Assembly: GCA_041494275.1 (NCBI GenBank)
Contig: JBGQAM010000001.1
Span: 1 to 55,900 of the forward strand
Length of the DNA: 55,900 nt
Reading direction: 5' to 3'
DNA from: Thermoplasmata archaeon
GTDB taxonomy: Archaea > Thermoplasmatota > Thermoplasmata > UBA10834
Under the pieces are notes generated by a model. That model ran no database searches. It worked only from the letters and a program-made list of their open reading frames with translations, and had not been told where the DNA came from. The translations under genes were made by a program, and so were the position numbers. Shown here piece after piece: positions 46,439 to 55,900 of this stretch; position 1 is the first letter of the stretch; every line of letters starts with the position of its first letter.

Positions 46439-48874
46439 TCAGCGTCCGAGGGCCTTTTCCTTCTCGGCGACCAGCAACCTGGTCTTGATGACGCTGTCCG
46501 AGTTCAGGGAAATGCTGTCTATGCCGCATTCGACCAGGAACTCCGCGAAATCGGGGAAGTCCGATGGCGCCTGGCCGCAGATGCCAATCTTCTTGCCCTT
46601 CTTCTTGACCCTCTCGATCACTGACGCAATCATGCGCTTGACCGCAGGGTTGCGCTCGTTGTAGAGATGGGACACAAGCTCCGAGTCTCGGTCGAGGCCC
46701 AGCATGAGCTGTGTGAGATCGTTTGAGCCGATCGAGAAACCGTCGAACACATCCGCGAACTCCTCTGCGAGAACGACGTTGCTTGGTATCTCTGCCATCA
46801 TGAAGACCTCGAGGCCGTTCTCCCCCTGTTTCAGCCCGAACTCGGCCATCGTGTCGATGACCTTCATCCCCTCTTCGGGAGTCCTGCAGAATGGCACCAT
46901 TACTTTGACGTTCGTGAGGCCCTTCTTGTCCCTCACGCGCCTCAGCGCCACGCACTCCAATTTGAAGGCTTCTTTGAAATGACCAGCATAGTACCGAGAC
47001 GCACCTCGCCAGCCTATCATCGGATTCTCTTCTGTCGGTTCGTAAAGGGTGCCGCCAAGGAGGCTCGCGTACTCGTTCGTCTTGAAGTCGGACAATCGAA
47101 CGATGACGTCCCGAGGATAGAAGGTCGCTGCAATCTTTCCGACGCCCCATGCGAGCTTCTCGACGAAGAAGTCCTCCTTGTTGTCATATCCGTGAGTCAA
47201 TTCCTCGATCCTGTTCACCGTCTTGGCGATAGCAGGGTCCGTCTCTGCCTTCTTCTTGAGCTTCTCGAATTCGATGAGCGCTAGCGGATGGATTCCGATG
47301 TGAGACATGATGATGAACTCGAGCCTTGCGAGGCCTACGCCGTCGCACGGTATCTGCCCCTGAGTGAAGACATGCTCGGGGACGCCCACGTTCATCATTA
47401 TCTTGGTTTTGGTGGTGGGCAGAACAGCGAGATTGGTCTTGTCTACCCTGAACTTCAAGAGGCCGGCATACACAATACCTTGACCTTCGGACGTGTCGAT
47501 GGTCACTTCCTGGCCGGTCTTGAGGACCCTGGAACCAGTCCCGGTCCCGATTATGCAAGGGATCCCGAGCTCCCTGGAAACGATCGCAGCGTGGCATGTC
47601 CTCCCGCCTCTGTCCGTGACGATTGCCGAGGCTATCCGCATTATCGGTTCCCAGTCAGGGTCGGTCTTGTCGGTCACCAGGACCTCGCCCTTTCTGAATT
47701 CAGAAATCTCATATGCGCTGTCGAGCACCTTCACGAGACCCTTGCCGATCTTGCTGCCGACAGCCTCACCGCGAACCAGCACGTCACCCTTGTCCTCAAG
47801 CACATAGGTCTCTAAGACGTTCTGAGCCTTGACCGAGTGGACGGTCTCCGGTCTTGCCTGGACGATGTACAATTCGCCCGTGATACCGTCCTTCGCCCAC
47901 TCGATGTCCATGTGCTTCCCATAGTGATTCTCAATGATGCACGCCCACTCTGCGAGCTTGATAATCTCTTCGTCCGACAGCACGAATCTCTGACGGTCTG
48001 CCTCGGTAACTTCTATGTCCATCATGCCCGGGCCTTTCTCCGCGTACACGAGTTTCTGCTGCTTGCTCCCGAGCTTCTTCTCGATGATGGGGTCCTCGAA
48101 CTTGCCTATCGACGGCTTGAAGACATAGAACTGGTCGGGGTTTACTGCTCCTTGGACGATCATCTCGCCCAGACCCCAAGACCCCGTGATGTAGACGACA
48201 TTATCAAAGCCGCTTTCGGTGTCGAGCGTGAACATCACTCCAGAACATGCCAGGTCGCTTCGGACCATGCGCTGTACCCCTACGGAGAGAGCGTTGCCGA
48301 TGTGTCCAAAGCCTTTGTGGACCCTGTACGCGATTGCCCTGTCGGTGAAGAGTGAGGCGAAGCACTGCTTGATGGCTTTGAGAACTGCGATTTCACCACG
48401 AACATTCAGCATGGTCTCGTGCTGGCCCGCGAAAGACGCTCCATCAAGGTCCTCGGAAGTTGCGCTCGACCTTATGGCGACGCTCGGGTTGGGAATGTTC
48501 AGCTTGCGCCCGAGTTCCCAGTAGCCGTACTCGATCTCCCTTTGGAGCTCAGGCGGGAAGGCAGACTCGAGGAACATCTTCCTGATCTTCTTCCCTCTCT
48601 CGGCCACGTCTGATGGATTGTCTGGATCGAGTCCTTCGAGCGCAGCATTGATCTTCCCCTCAAGCGACGAGTTGTCCACGAATTCCGCGAATGCCTTTGT
48701 CGTGATCGCAAAACCCTCGGGCACTTTGATTCCCATCTTGGTGAGATGGCGTATCATCTCCCCCAGAGATGCGTTCTTTCCGCCGACCTTCGGAAGGTCT
48801 TTGAGCGTTATCTCCTCAAACCATAGCAGTTGCTCGTTGGTCTTCTTGGCTGAGGTGTTCGCCCCCATGAGCAT
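46439..48874 (-). CDS. ppsA: Phosphoenolpyruvate synthase
   Basis: VGGKNASLGEM, the phosphohistidine region TDRGGRTCHAAIVSRELGIPCIIG and the C-terminal PEP-utilising TIM domain. The ATG at 48874 (MLMGANTS...) gives about 811 aa. The upstream part of the 897-aa track ORF is Cys/Trp-rich and not protein-like. Confidence 0.9.
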   Translation of the reverse strand: MLMGANTSAKKTNEQLLWFEEITLKDLPKVGGKNASLGEMIRHLTKMGIKVPEGFAITTKAFAEFVDNSSLEGKINAALEGLDPDNPSDVAERGKKIRKMFLESAFPPELQREIEYGYWELGRKLNIPNPSVAIRSSATSEDLDGASFAGQHETMLNVRGEIAVLKAIKQCFASLFTDRAIAYRVHKGFGHIGNALSVGVQRMVRSDLACSGVMFTLDTESGFDNVVYITGSWGLGEMIVQGAVNPDQFYVFKPSIGKFEDPIIEKKLGSKQQKLVYAEKGPGMMDIEVTEADRQRFVLSDEEIIKLAEWACIIENHYGKHMDIEWAKDGITGELYIVQARPETVHSVKAQNVLETYVLEDKGDVLVRGEAVGSKIGKGLVKVLDSAYEISEFRKGEVLVTDKTDPDWEPIMRIASAIVTDRGGRTCHAAIVSRELGIPCIIGTGTGSRVLKTGQEVTIDTSEGQGIVYAGLLKFRVDKTNLAVLPTTKTKIMMNVGVPEHVFTQGQIPCDGVGLARLEFIIMSHIGIHPLALIEFEKLKKKAETDPAIAKTVNRIEELTHGYDNKEDFFVEKLAWGVGKIAATFYPRDVIVRLSDFKTNEYASLLGGTLYEPTEENPMIGWRGASRYYAGHFKEAFKLECVALRRVRDKKGLTNVKVMVPFCRTPEEGMKVIDTMAEFGLKQGENGLEVFMMAEIPSNVVLAEEFADVFDGFSIGSNDLTQLMLGLDRDSELVSHLYNERNPAVKRMIASVIERVKKKGKKIGICGQAPSDFPDFAEFLVECGIDSISLNSDSVIKTRLLVAEKEKALGR

Positions 48875-49190
48875 CTTCGCCCCGCATCGAAACAGACTGA
48901 CGCTATGTGTTGCTCCTACCGATCGCCCAAGTCTCCAGCGAGCGACCACAAGCAGATCGCACGGCCCAGGCCAGACACCATCACCGCACCACGGGCAGAC
49001 CGACTGCTGGCAACGATACAGGGATAAATGCCCCAGACTTAATAACATTTCCCAGTTACCGCCCGCCGGCCACAAAACCGACGGACTGTCTGAGGCTCCC
49101 GAACAAGACTCGCCACGTTCAGAAGTGTGCAACTGTCCATGTCCGTTCGAAGAGAAAGGAATTATCCGTTGATTGCGTTGATGAGGAAGG

Positions 49191-50312
49191 ATGCAGAGCT
49201 TGAAAGTCGCGATGTTGACCTACAGCACACGGCCGAGGGGCGGCGTCGTGCACGCGCTGAAGCTAGCGGAGAGACTGCAGGCGTTGGGTGTCGAAATCAC
49301 CCTGTATTCGTTGGCCCGCGCAGACGACCCAGACTCGATGAAGGGATACTTTCGTGAAGTGTCTGTGCCGTTCAGCATATTCCCCTACGTCTGGCACCAC
49401 GAACTCATCACCCGCCTGGAGAACATGATCGACTCCTACGTAGAGAACCTTCCAAAGGATGCCGACATCTATCACGCGCAGGATTGCGTCGGTGGCACAG
49501 CGCTCGACAGGATGAAGGAGCGGAAAATGATTACAGCGCCTGTGTTTCGGACCGTCCATCACGTCGACGACTTCGCGGAGCCGAGGCTTTTCGAATTCGA
49601 GAAGCGTGCCGTTACACGCAGCAAGAACATCTTCGTCGTCTCAAAGTACTGGCACGACGTCTTGAAGCGAGAGTATGCCCACGAGTCCGTGATTGCCTAC
49701 AATGGTCTTGATTCGTCGGACTTCGACCCTCTTCCCGAGAGGAAGTCAGAGGTTCCGACCGTGCTCTTCGTCGGAGGTCTCGAACCCCGCAAGGGTCTCG
49801 ACGATTTGATCCGCGCGATGAAGGTCGTCGTGAGCGGGGTGACAGATGCGAGGCTCATTGTGGTTGCGAAGGCTGGTTTCAGGGGAACAGACAACTGGAT
49901 TGCGTACGAGTCATTGGCGCACAGCCTCGAACTGACAGATAGAATCGACTTCCGCGAATCAGTGGATCAAGTGACTCTTCTTGGGCTCTACGCGGATTGC
50001 GATGTTCTCGCGCTTCCCTCCAGGAACGAGGGTTGGGGACTCGTCCTCATGGAGGCGATGGCGTGCGGCAAGCCGGTGGTTGCCACTCGCGTCGGAGGGA
50101 TACCTGAGCTGGTTAGGAACAGAACCGAGGGAATCCTTGTCGAGGCCGGAGACGTGAAAGGGATCGCCGATTCGATCACGAGACTTCTCAAAGACCCCGC
50201 ACTCAGGGACAGGATGGGTAGAGCCGGGAGGCGGCGCGTGAGAGATTTCTCCTGGGATTCGACAGCGAAAGTCGTCCAGCACGAGTACGAGCGCGTCGTT
50301 CAGCGCGCGTGA
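49191..50312 (+). CDS. GT4-family (GT-B fold) glycosyltransferase
   Basis: The N-terminus VAMLTYSTRPRGGVVHALKLAE and the C-terminal EGWGLVLMEAMACGKPVVATRVGGIPE (E-x7-E region). The SD GAGGAAGG lies upstream. Confidence 0.8.
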   Translation: MQSLKVAMLTYSTRPRGGVVHALKLAERLQALGVEITLYSLARADDPDSMKGYFREVSVPFSIFPYVWHHELITRLENMIDSYVENLPKDADIYHAQDCVGGTALDRMKERKMITAPVFRTVHHVDDFAEPRLFEFEKRAVTRSKNIFVVSKYWHDVLKREYAHESVIAYNGLDSSDFDPLPERKSEVPTVLFVGGLEPRKGLDDLIRAMKVVVSGVTDARLIVVAKAGFRGTDNWIAYESLAHSLELTDRIDFRESVDQVTLLGLYADCDVLALPSRNEGWGLVLMEAMACGKPVVATRVGGIPELVRNRTEGILVEAGDVKGIADSITRLLKDPALRDRMGRAGRRRVRDFSWDSTAKVVQHEYERVVQRA

Positions 50313-51763
50313 GCATACTCCTTCATGAAGTGGACCTGGAACTTCTCGATTTCGGCGAGACCCGCAAGCTTCTTGTTGCCCTCTATGACCATGAACTCGT
50401 TCGGGCTGTGGGCCAGGTCCCCGTATCCTATTCCTCCAAGAGCAAATGGAATGCCGAGTATCCTGTTGAACACGTAGAACGGTACGGACCCGCCGCTCGA
50501 CGGCCATACGTTCGGCTCGCCGCTGAACTCTCTTAGGGACTTCAGGACGGCCTGGACCACTGGCTCCTTGATGCTGGACCTGCACCAATCGTATCCAGTG
50601 TCGACCTCGGTCATCTTGAGGTCCTTGTATCCGCGTCGGTCGAGATGCTTTCTCACGAGTGGCATCATGTCGTCTTTCTTCTGGTTCGGAACGACCCTGA
50701 TGTCCATCTTGCAGGTGGCCTTGTGCGGAAGGACAGTCTTGGAACCCTTCTCGATCCAGCCTGCCCATATCCCATCGATGTTGAGAGTGGAAGAGGTTGT
50801 GTAGAGCCTTATCAGACCCTCCTTGTCGTCGTCAGGGATGATGAACTTGTCCACGTTGATGGAATCCTTTGTGGACTGAGCGTCGAAATTCCTCGCAGCC
50901 GCCTTGATGACTTCCTCATCCTCCGCAGATGGCGGCGCAACGTCGTCATAGAAGCCATCAATCAGCACGTTGTTGCCGTCATCCGATGTCATCGTCTTCA
51001 GCGCGTGGACCAGTCGCCAGACTGGGCTGTCTACCCAGGCCTTGTTGGCGCTGTGGACAGCGAAGTCCTTCGGGCCTCGACCCCAGTTCTTTCCTGAAGA
51101 CTCGAGCTCGAAGTATACGACACCCTTGACACCGAGGTACAGGTTGACCGAACCGTCGCAGTCCTGCTCGAAATCAGGGAAGTAGCATGCGTCGGCTTTC
51201 GAGAGCCGCTTCTTGTCCTTCTTTACATAGATCGGCAGGTTCGGGCTTCCCAGCTCTTCCTCGCCCTCAGCGACGAACATGAGGTTGAGTGGGGGTCTGC
51301 CGACAGACTTTGTGCACGCCTCGACCGAGTTGAGGAATGCCGCCATCGGACCCTTGGTGTTGTACGACCCTCTGTTGACAAGCGCCTTGACCTTTCCGAC
51401 GGGCAGCTTCATGTCGACTATCTTCGCGCCCATCGGAGGATGCTTCCAGCCTGGCTCGTTGTATGGCATCGTATCATACATGAAATAGATCAAGAGCGTC
51501 TTGTCCGCGTCTCCTTTGCATTCACCGTATACAATTGGATTCCCCTTGGTCTCGACGATTTCCACCTCATCACAGCCAGCGTTGCGGTACATGTCTGAGA
51601 CGAGATCAGCGCAGTCCTCGATGCCTATGTGTTCTTGGCTGGAGCTCGGCTGCATCAGCAGTCTCTTGGTCGTAGCGATGTGCTTCTTGAGGTCCTTGTC
51701 AATCCTAGAGTAGACCGAATCCAAATCGAATCTGACGCGCATACGATCAGAATCGGGATGCAC
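50300..51763 (-). CDS. M20-family metallopeptidase / amidohydrolase (ArgE/DapE/CPG2-like)
   Basis: 487 aa with FVAEGEEELGSPNL (metal-binding EE) and an N-terminal region with a conserved His/Asp context. Its 3' end overlaps the glycosyltransferase end by 13 nt (convergent genes). Confidence 0.7.
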   Translation of the reverse strand: MHPDSDRMRVRFDLDSVYSRIDKDLKKHIATTKRLLMQPSSSQEHIGIEDCADLVSDMYRNAGCDEVEIVETKGNPIVYGECKGDADKTLLIYFMYDTMPYNEPGWKHPPMGAKIVDMKLPVGKVKALVNRGSYNTKGPMAAFLNSVEACTKSVGRPPLNLMFVAEGEEELGSPNLPIYVKKDKKRLSKADACYFPDFEQDCDGSVNLYLGVKGVVYFELESSGKNWGRGPKDFAVHSANKAWVDSPVWRLVHALKTMTSDDGNNVLIDGFYDDVAPPSAEDEEVIKAAARNFDAQSTKDSINVDKFIIPDDDKEGLIRLYTTSSTLNIDGIWAGWIEKGSKTVLPHKATCKMDIRVVPNQKKDDMMPLVRKHLDRRGYKDLKMTEVDTGYDWCRSSIKEPVVQAVLKSLREFSGEPNVWPSSGGSVPFYVFNRILGIPFALGGIGYGDLAHSPNEFMVIEGNKKLAGLAEIEKFQVHFMKEYAHAR

Positions 51764-51822
51764 CTACAACATAAAGCTGTTTGTAGGCTCGAGTTGCCTG
51801 GGGCGTGCGAGCGCCTGCGCTG

Positions 51823-52731
51823 CTAGGCTGATTTGACGGGAGTCTTCTCGCCGCCACCAGTTCCCGCGACAAGGAATATTGAGGTCAGGACGAGGAGGCC
51901 TCCGAAGACGGCAGCTGAGCTCATTGTTTCCTTCAGGACTAGGATCGAGATCGCCAGAGCAGTGAGGACTTCGACCAACATTATCGTCGCGGATGCGGTT
52001 GCCGAGACTCCCTCAAGCCCCAGAGCCCAGAGAAGCGTCGCGATGGACGTGCAGAACAGGCCCAAGTAGAGTACGAACGCATACCCTTCGATCTCGATTG
52101 AGAAGTCCGCGCCAGAGACGAGGAGGTACCCAGTGGGAATCGTGAGCCACACCGCGCAAGAGGCTATCGCCGCGGAGCTGATCTCGACACCGGTGTGCTT
52201 GTCGAGCAGCTTCTTGTTGAAGATTATGAAGAAGGCCCAGCTCCATCCTGCGACATAGACCATGACGTCGCCAACGATCTGGTCAGGGTCGAAGACGAGG
52301 TCCTTGTTGAGCGTCAGGAAGAACACGCCGATCATCCCGCAGAGGATGCCTGCAACCTGAGTCCGACCAAGTCGTTCTTTGAAGTAGAAGAAGGAGAGTA
52401 TCGCGACTGCCACTACGTTGATGTCCACGAGCAGAGCTGTCTTTGATGCTGTCGTGATCGTGAGGCCGACATACTGAAGAAGGAATCCTGCTGCATTGAA
52501 CCCTCCTATCATCCAGATCACCGGACTCCTGAAGATCGAGAGCGACATCTTCCCGAGATAGAGCACGATGGACAACGTTATGACGCATGCGACGGCGAAC
52601 CTCAACCACAAGAAGAACACGTCGTTGCCGACATGGCTCAACCCAAGCTTCGTCCCGGGGAAGGAAGTGCCCCAGACCAAGCTCGCGAGAACGGTCAGGA
52701 AGATCGCATTCCGCTTGTCTCTAGATGCCAT
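51823..52731 (-). CDS. EamA/DMT-superfamily transporter (10 TM)
   Basis: Two EamA-like halves; LVWGTSFPGTKLGL is typical of the first helix. Confidence 0.75.
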   Translation of the reverse strand: MASRDKRNAIFLTVLASLVWGTSFPGTKLGLSHVGNDVFFLWLRFAVACVITLSIVLYLGKMSLSIFRSPVIWMIGGFNAAGFLLQYVGLTITTASKTALLVDINVVAVAILSFFYFKERLGRTQVAGILCGMIGVFFLTLNKDLVFDPDQIVGDVMVYVAGWSWAFFIIFNKKLLDKHTGVEISSAAIASCAVWLTIPTGYLLVSGADFSIEIEGYAFVLYLGLFCTSIATLLWALGLEGVSATASATIMLVEVLTALAISILVLKETMSSAAVFGGLLVLTSIFLVAGTGGGEKTPVKSA

Positions 52732-52764
52732 CAGGCCCGTAGATTGCGCAGTGATATTAGAATC

Positions 52765-54420
52765 CTACTTAGGCTGTTCCTTCGGGAGGTCCACGTGGAA
52801 CACGCTGCCCTTCCCCACCTGGCTCTCGACCCATATCCTGCCGCCATGAGCTTCAATGATACCCTTGGCTATCGGAAGCCCGAGACCGAGCCTGTTGACC
52901 TGGTGGGAGAGGTCGTTGCTGGCTACAATGTGGAATCGGTCGAATATCTTGCCGAGGTTCTCGAGGGGTATCACGACACCGTTGTCCTTGACCCACACGT
53001 GTATCATCCTGCCCTCGTCCCTGGAACTGACCTGGATTCGCCCGCCATCTTGGGTGTACTTGAGCGCGTTGTCAACGAGGCTGTTGAAGACGTCTTTGAG
53101 CCGACGGCGATCGGCCATTATCAGAGGCAGTCTGCCCTCGACCTCAAGGGTCAGCGACTGTTTCTTCTCCTCGGCATCATGCACCCGCGTCTGGATGATC
53201 TCCTCGAGGATGGCATCTATCCGCAAGGGCTCTAGGTGTATCTGGAGAGAGCCCTTCTCGAGCCTGCTCACGTCGAGCATGTTCTCGACAAGAGCGTAGA
53301 GCTTGTCCGTGTTGGCCTTGATAATCTTCAAGCGGGAAGAGAACTTGGGGTCGAGCTTGGCCGTATGCTCGGATTCGACCAGATCGATGTAGCCTCTCAT
53401 GACGGTCAGTGGGGTCCTAAGCTCGTGGGACACGACGTCGATGAACTGCGTCTTCATCTTTGTGACGCGCTCGAGCTCCTGATAGGTCTGAGTGAGTTTC
53501 TCGTATGACCTCTCTAGCTGGTTCTGGAGTCTCACCTTCGAGGTGACATCCATGGCGACGAATAGAATGGCGTCGATCTCGCCGCCCTCAGTCTTCAATG
53601 ATGTCACTTTCACATGGAGATACAGCGCTTTGTCCGGTCTGGGAACGACATGAACATCCGCCCTCTCTCCGTCGTGACCCTCCATCCCATGCATCAGCAA
53701 TGTGTCGAGGCCAGATTTTGCGATCAGTGGGATCTCGAACACGCTGGTGCCAACCAGGTCCCCCTCAGACTCCCTATCCAAGATGAAAAGCATCTGTCGG
53801 TTCACGGACTTGAAGATGCCTTTCGGGTCGCATATGAAGATGCCGATTGGCGCATGAGTGAGAATCCTATCATTCTGCTGTCTGGCTTCGTCCAACTGGA
53901 TGTTCATTCTCAGATTCTCGAGAAGCATACTAATTGCGTCCGCGATCGAGGGGAGCATTGCCTCGGCCTCCGGGGAAAACTCCGCGCTGTCCTTCTTGTT
54001 TGCAGCTACAATGTAACCTTGGAACTTGCCTCTCAGAATGATGGCACAGGCCAGAGCGGTACTCAGATCAAGCGCTTTCGCGATAGGCTTCGTAACCTCA
54101 GGCCAGTCGTTTTGATTGTCAAAGCGAAGGGCGACACCCTCGCCCTTGCTGGTGACACTTTTCCTGAAGTCCTCGTCGACATGGATCGCTGGAAGGGTGG
54201 CAATCTTGGATGCATCCATTCCAGAAACGCTCGCGATTCTGACATACGGGGCATCTTTGTCGACCAAGATAACGACGCCATAGCTTGCTCCCGTCAGCTC
54301 GCGGAGCTCGTTCGAGATGATTTCGAATGAATCGGAGGGGCTCTTTGCCAGCCTCAGCTTCGAGAGCAGTCTGGCAATTGTGTCGAAAACGTATGCTTTC
54401 CGCTTCTCGTCGTCCGTCAA
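52765..54420 (-). CDS. Soluble sensor histidine kinase (GAF - PAS - HisKA - HATPase_c)
   Basis: H-box FIDVVSHELRTPLT, N-box NSLVDNALKY and G-boxes LGLGLPIAKGIIEAHGG. No TM segments. No response regulator is adjacent. Confidence 0.85.
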   Translation of the reverse strand: MTDDEKRKAYVFDTIARLLSKLRLAKSPSDSFEIISNELRELTGASYGVVILVDKDAPYVRIASVSGMDASKIATLPAIHVDEDFRKSVTSKGEGVALRFDNQNDWPEVTKPIAKALDLSTALACAIILRGKFQGYIVAANKKDSAEFSPEAEAMLPSIADAISMLLENLRMNIQLDEARQQNDRILTHAPIGIFICDPKGIFKSVNRQMLFILDRESEGDLVGTSVFEIPLIAKSGLDTLLMHGMEGHDGERADVHVVPRPDKALYLHVKVTSLKTEGGEIDAILFVAMDVTSKVRLQNQLERSYEKLTQTYQELERVTKMKTQFIDVVSHELRTPLTVMRGYIDLVESEHTAKLDPKFSSRLKIIKANTDKLYALVENMLDVSRLEKGSLQIHLEPLRIDAILEEIIQTRVHDAEEKKQSLTLEVEGRLPLIMADRRRLKDVFNSLVDNALKYTQDGGRIQVSSRDEGRMIHVWVKDNGVVIPLENLGKIFDRFHIVASNDLSHQVNRLGLGLPIAKGIIEAHGGRIWVESQVGKGSVFHVDLPKEQPK

Positions 54421-54568
54421 TGAGGGGCCTCCGGGGGGAGAATCTCGCTCGGCGTTGGCGTTGTGGTGTCGCAGAAACAGTATTCACGGTAGATAAGCTG
54501 TTCGTCTGCGGAGTCGAACGGGCCTAAGTCATGAAAGCTATATTGGCACAGGCTTCGATTGGGGGTGC

Positions 54569-55081
54569 ATGGTTCTCCGCAGATACGGGGACAAAAAGCC
54601 TAGTCTAGGAAAAGATGTCTTCGTTGACGAGTCGGCAGTCGTGATCGGTGAAGTGAAACTGCACGACAAGGCCAGTGTATGGCCGGGAGTCGTGCTGAGA
54701 GCAGATGACGCAAGCGTCGAAATCGGACGAGGCTCCGCCATCATGGACACTGCGTTTGCCGAGGCACCGAAGGGGAGACCGATAGTCGTCGGGGACCATT
54801 GCATCGTGTCCCACTCTGCGGTTCTGCATGGGTGCACAATCGGGGACGAGTGCCTCATTGGGATCGGTTCAATAGTGCTCGACGGAGCGTCGATAGGCGG
54901 GAGGTCAGTGCTCGCCGCAGGCAGCCTTGTGACACCTGGCACGAAGATACCGCCCGAATCGTTCGTGATGGGGGTCCCGGCGAGGGTCACGAGGACCACC
55001 ACTCAAGCCGATCTCAAGTGGCTCCGAGACGAGTTGGCGGCCCTTGAGGAGAAGGCCTCGAGATATAGAGCCCAGATCTGA
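54569..55081 (+). CDS. Gamma-class carbonic anhydrase-like / hexapeptide-repeat protein
   Basis: Left-handed beta-helix repeats and the VWPGVVLRAD...HCIVSHSAVLHGCTIG pattern. 170 aa. Confidence 0.8.
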   Translation: MVLRRYGDKKPSLGKDVFVDESAVVIGEVKLHDKASVWPGVVLRADDASVEIGRGSAIMDTAFAEAPKGRPIVVGDHCIVSHSAVLHGCTIGDECLIGIGSIVLDGASIGGRSVLAAGSLVTPGTKIPPESFVMGVPARVTRTTTQADLKWLRDELAALEEKASRYRAQI

Positions 55082-55479
55082 GATACTGGTGGACTGACAG
55101 TTCACCTCAGCGGCCACATCGATGTACAAGACTGCAGCACCTGTTTTAAATACCATCGACCACATGACATTCTTCAGTGGAACGCAGACCGCGAGGGTGG
55201 GGCGAGCGAGTGTTCCGTCAGAGGGAAGTCCCTTGGAAGTCCAATTCGGAAAACCGGTCGTCGCCCGAGTCAAGAAATGTAGACTCGTAGTCGTAAAGAA
55301 GCGCCACAATCAGGAAGAGAACGACGAGCAGACAGCGACGCACTGATTGCGCCCGCATTCCAACCCCATTCTTATAGTCGAGCACACGGCACTTCGCACT
55401 CGGTAGGGTCATGCTGACACGCCTCCTGGCTTAAATACCCCATCCGAAAAGGATATTACATATTGAGTCCATTATCGAA

Positions 55480-55875
55480 ATGGAAGGGATAAAAATGGTT
55501 TCTGGACAAACACCAGGGCCGATGCAACAGGGTCCGTACCAGATGTATCAGCCAGTCTATCAACCGCCACTGAAATCGACCGCCGAGACATTGAAAACAA
55601 TGTTTCTGTCCGATATGATGCTGGCCATATTCTTCGGAATTGGCCTGCTTCTGATATGGCTCGGGTCGATTGTGTTAGGAACGGCCGACACACACGGTGG
55701 ACAGGACTTGGGACAGATAGTCAAGTCCTTCGGCATGCTGGTCCTGACTGGCGCGATGATCTTGGCTGGGCTAGTGAGGCACGACATGGAGAAGTCGGTG
55801 AGGTTGGTGCTGATACTCAGCGCTACACTTCTGATTATCTTCGTCGGATTCTGGGTCGGAATCGCTGGATTCTGA
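55480..55875 (+). CDS. Hypothetical membrane protein with P/Q/Y-rich N-terminus (3 TM)
   Basis: A CTTAAATA TATA core lies at 55430-55437. Hydrophobic segments are MLAIFFGIGLLLIWLGSIVL, MLVLTGAMILAGLV and LILSATLLIIFVGFWVGIAGF. Confidence 0.5.
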   Translation: MEGIKMVSGQTPGPMQQGPYQMYQPVYQPPLKSTAETLKTMFLSDMMLAIFFGIGLLLIWLGSIVLGTADTHGGQDLGQIVKSFGMLVLTGAMILAGLVRHDMEKSVRLVLILSATLLIIFVGFWVGIAGF

Positions 55876-55900
55876 AGCAACTCAGCCGAGATTTGCGAGG

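Noticed and set aside
46161-47150. 329-aa ORF on the minus strand overlapping the 3' part of ppsA in another frame
   Set aside because: Arg/Gly/Glu-rich translation typical of an off-frame read of GC-rich coding DNA. The ppsA frame carries all recognisable motifs. Only its extreme 3' end (29 aa) falls in intergenic DNA, and that part is discussed under the 45654-46438 finding.
48875-49132. N-terminal 86-aa extension of the 897-aa ppsA track ORF
   Set aside because: Cys/Trp/Arg-rich and not protein-like. Conserved PpsA sequence begins right after the MLMGANTS start at 48874.
49959-50768. 269-aa minus-strand ORF spanning the glycosyltransferase/M20 junction
   Set aside because: It is out of frame with both well-supported genes, and its composition is Arg/Gly/Pro-rich.
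54421-54568. Histidine kinase with no adjacent response regulator, as a possible novel signalling pair with the gamma-CA-like gene
   Set aside because: Orphan soluble GAF-PAS kinases are common in archaea. The divergent arrangement alone gives no evidence of a functional link.
55122-55412. Two mutually antisense short ORFs (74 aa plus strand, 64 aa minus strand) between the gamma-CA-like gene and the last membrane protein gene
   Set aside because: I cannot tell which, if either, is real. The minus-strand one has a TM-like segment (CLLVVLFLIVALLY) but no clear SD or TATA box. I left it unannotated rather than guess.
1-55900. Scan for rRNA, tRNA, CRISPR arrays, transposases, integrases and obvious prophage or defence genes
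   Set aside because: Reading the intergenic regions and the ORF translations showed no cloverleaf-like tRNA sequences, no regularly spaced repeats and no transposase/integrase/Cas-like proteins. This was a by-eye scan. tRNAscan, Infernal and a CRISPR detector should be run to confirm.

Overview
This is a densely coding archaeal chromosomal segment of about 50 genes, with almost no gaps larger than 400 bp. The archaeal call rests on several things. There are two conserved archaeal gene strings, L7Ae-S28e-L24e-ndk-aIF5B and S6e-aIF2gamma-PIN. Pantoate kinase sits next to CoaBC. The riboflavin kinase is HTH-fused and CTP-type. Promoters are of the BRE/TATA type, and neighbouring genes often share ATGA/TGATG overlaps. 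The peptide/aldehyde-fermenting gene content suggests a Thermoplasmatota-like or other euryarchaeal heterotroph, but that is inference only.

Content from left to right:
- glycine cleavage P-protein subunits (gcvPA partial, gcvPB), a small Lrp/AsnC RAM protein, tmk, coaBC and pantoate kinase
- a HerA-like ATPase with a DUF357 gene, then prs and proS
- a family-5 peptide ABC importer (binding protein plus two permeases, no ATPases)
- a class-III aminotransferase / polyferredoxin / aldehyde:ferredoxin oxidoreductase / polyferredoxin cluster
- trmI and purS-purL-purQ
- a complete pstSCAB-phoU operon with a divergent AbrB-PhoU regulator and a downstream arsC
- a secreted subtilisin and the two translation-factor/ribosomal-protein strings
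- a tandem-GNAT acetyltransferase, a 2Fe-2S/ASKHA (RACo/RamA-like) protein, two tandem paralogous saccharopine-dehydrogenase-like genes and an MFS transporter
- ppsA, a GT4 glycosyltransferase, an M20 peptidase, an EamA transporter, a soluble GAF-PAS histidine kinase and a gamma-carbonic-anhydrase-like protein

I recognised no rRNA, tRNA, CRISPR array, transposase or integrase.

The most notable observations are:
- the duplicated polyferredoxin / AOR / omega-aminotransferase module
- an L24e with a long K/E/P-rich tail
- a box C/D-like motif in the L7Ae leader
- the duplicated SDH-like genes, which have duplicated promoters and sit next to a RACo-like protein
- a palindromic operator candidate in the pst divergent promoter
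- a 785-bp non-coding island with mini-ORFs and a 32-nt repeat

All calls come from reading the translations and the DNA by eye. No database search was run.
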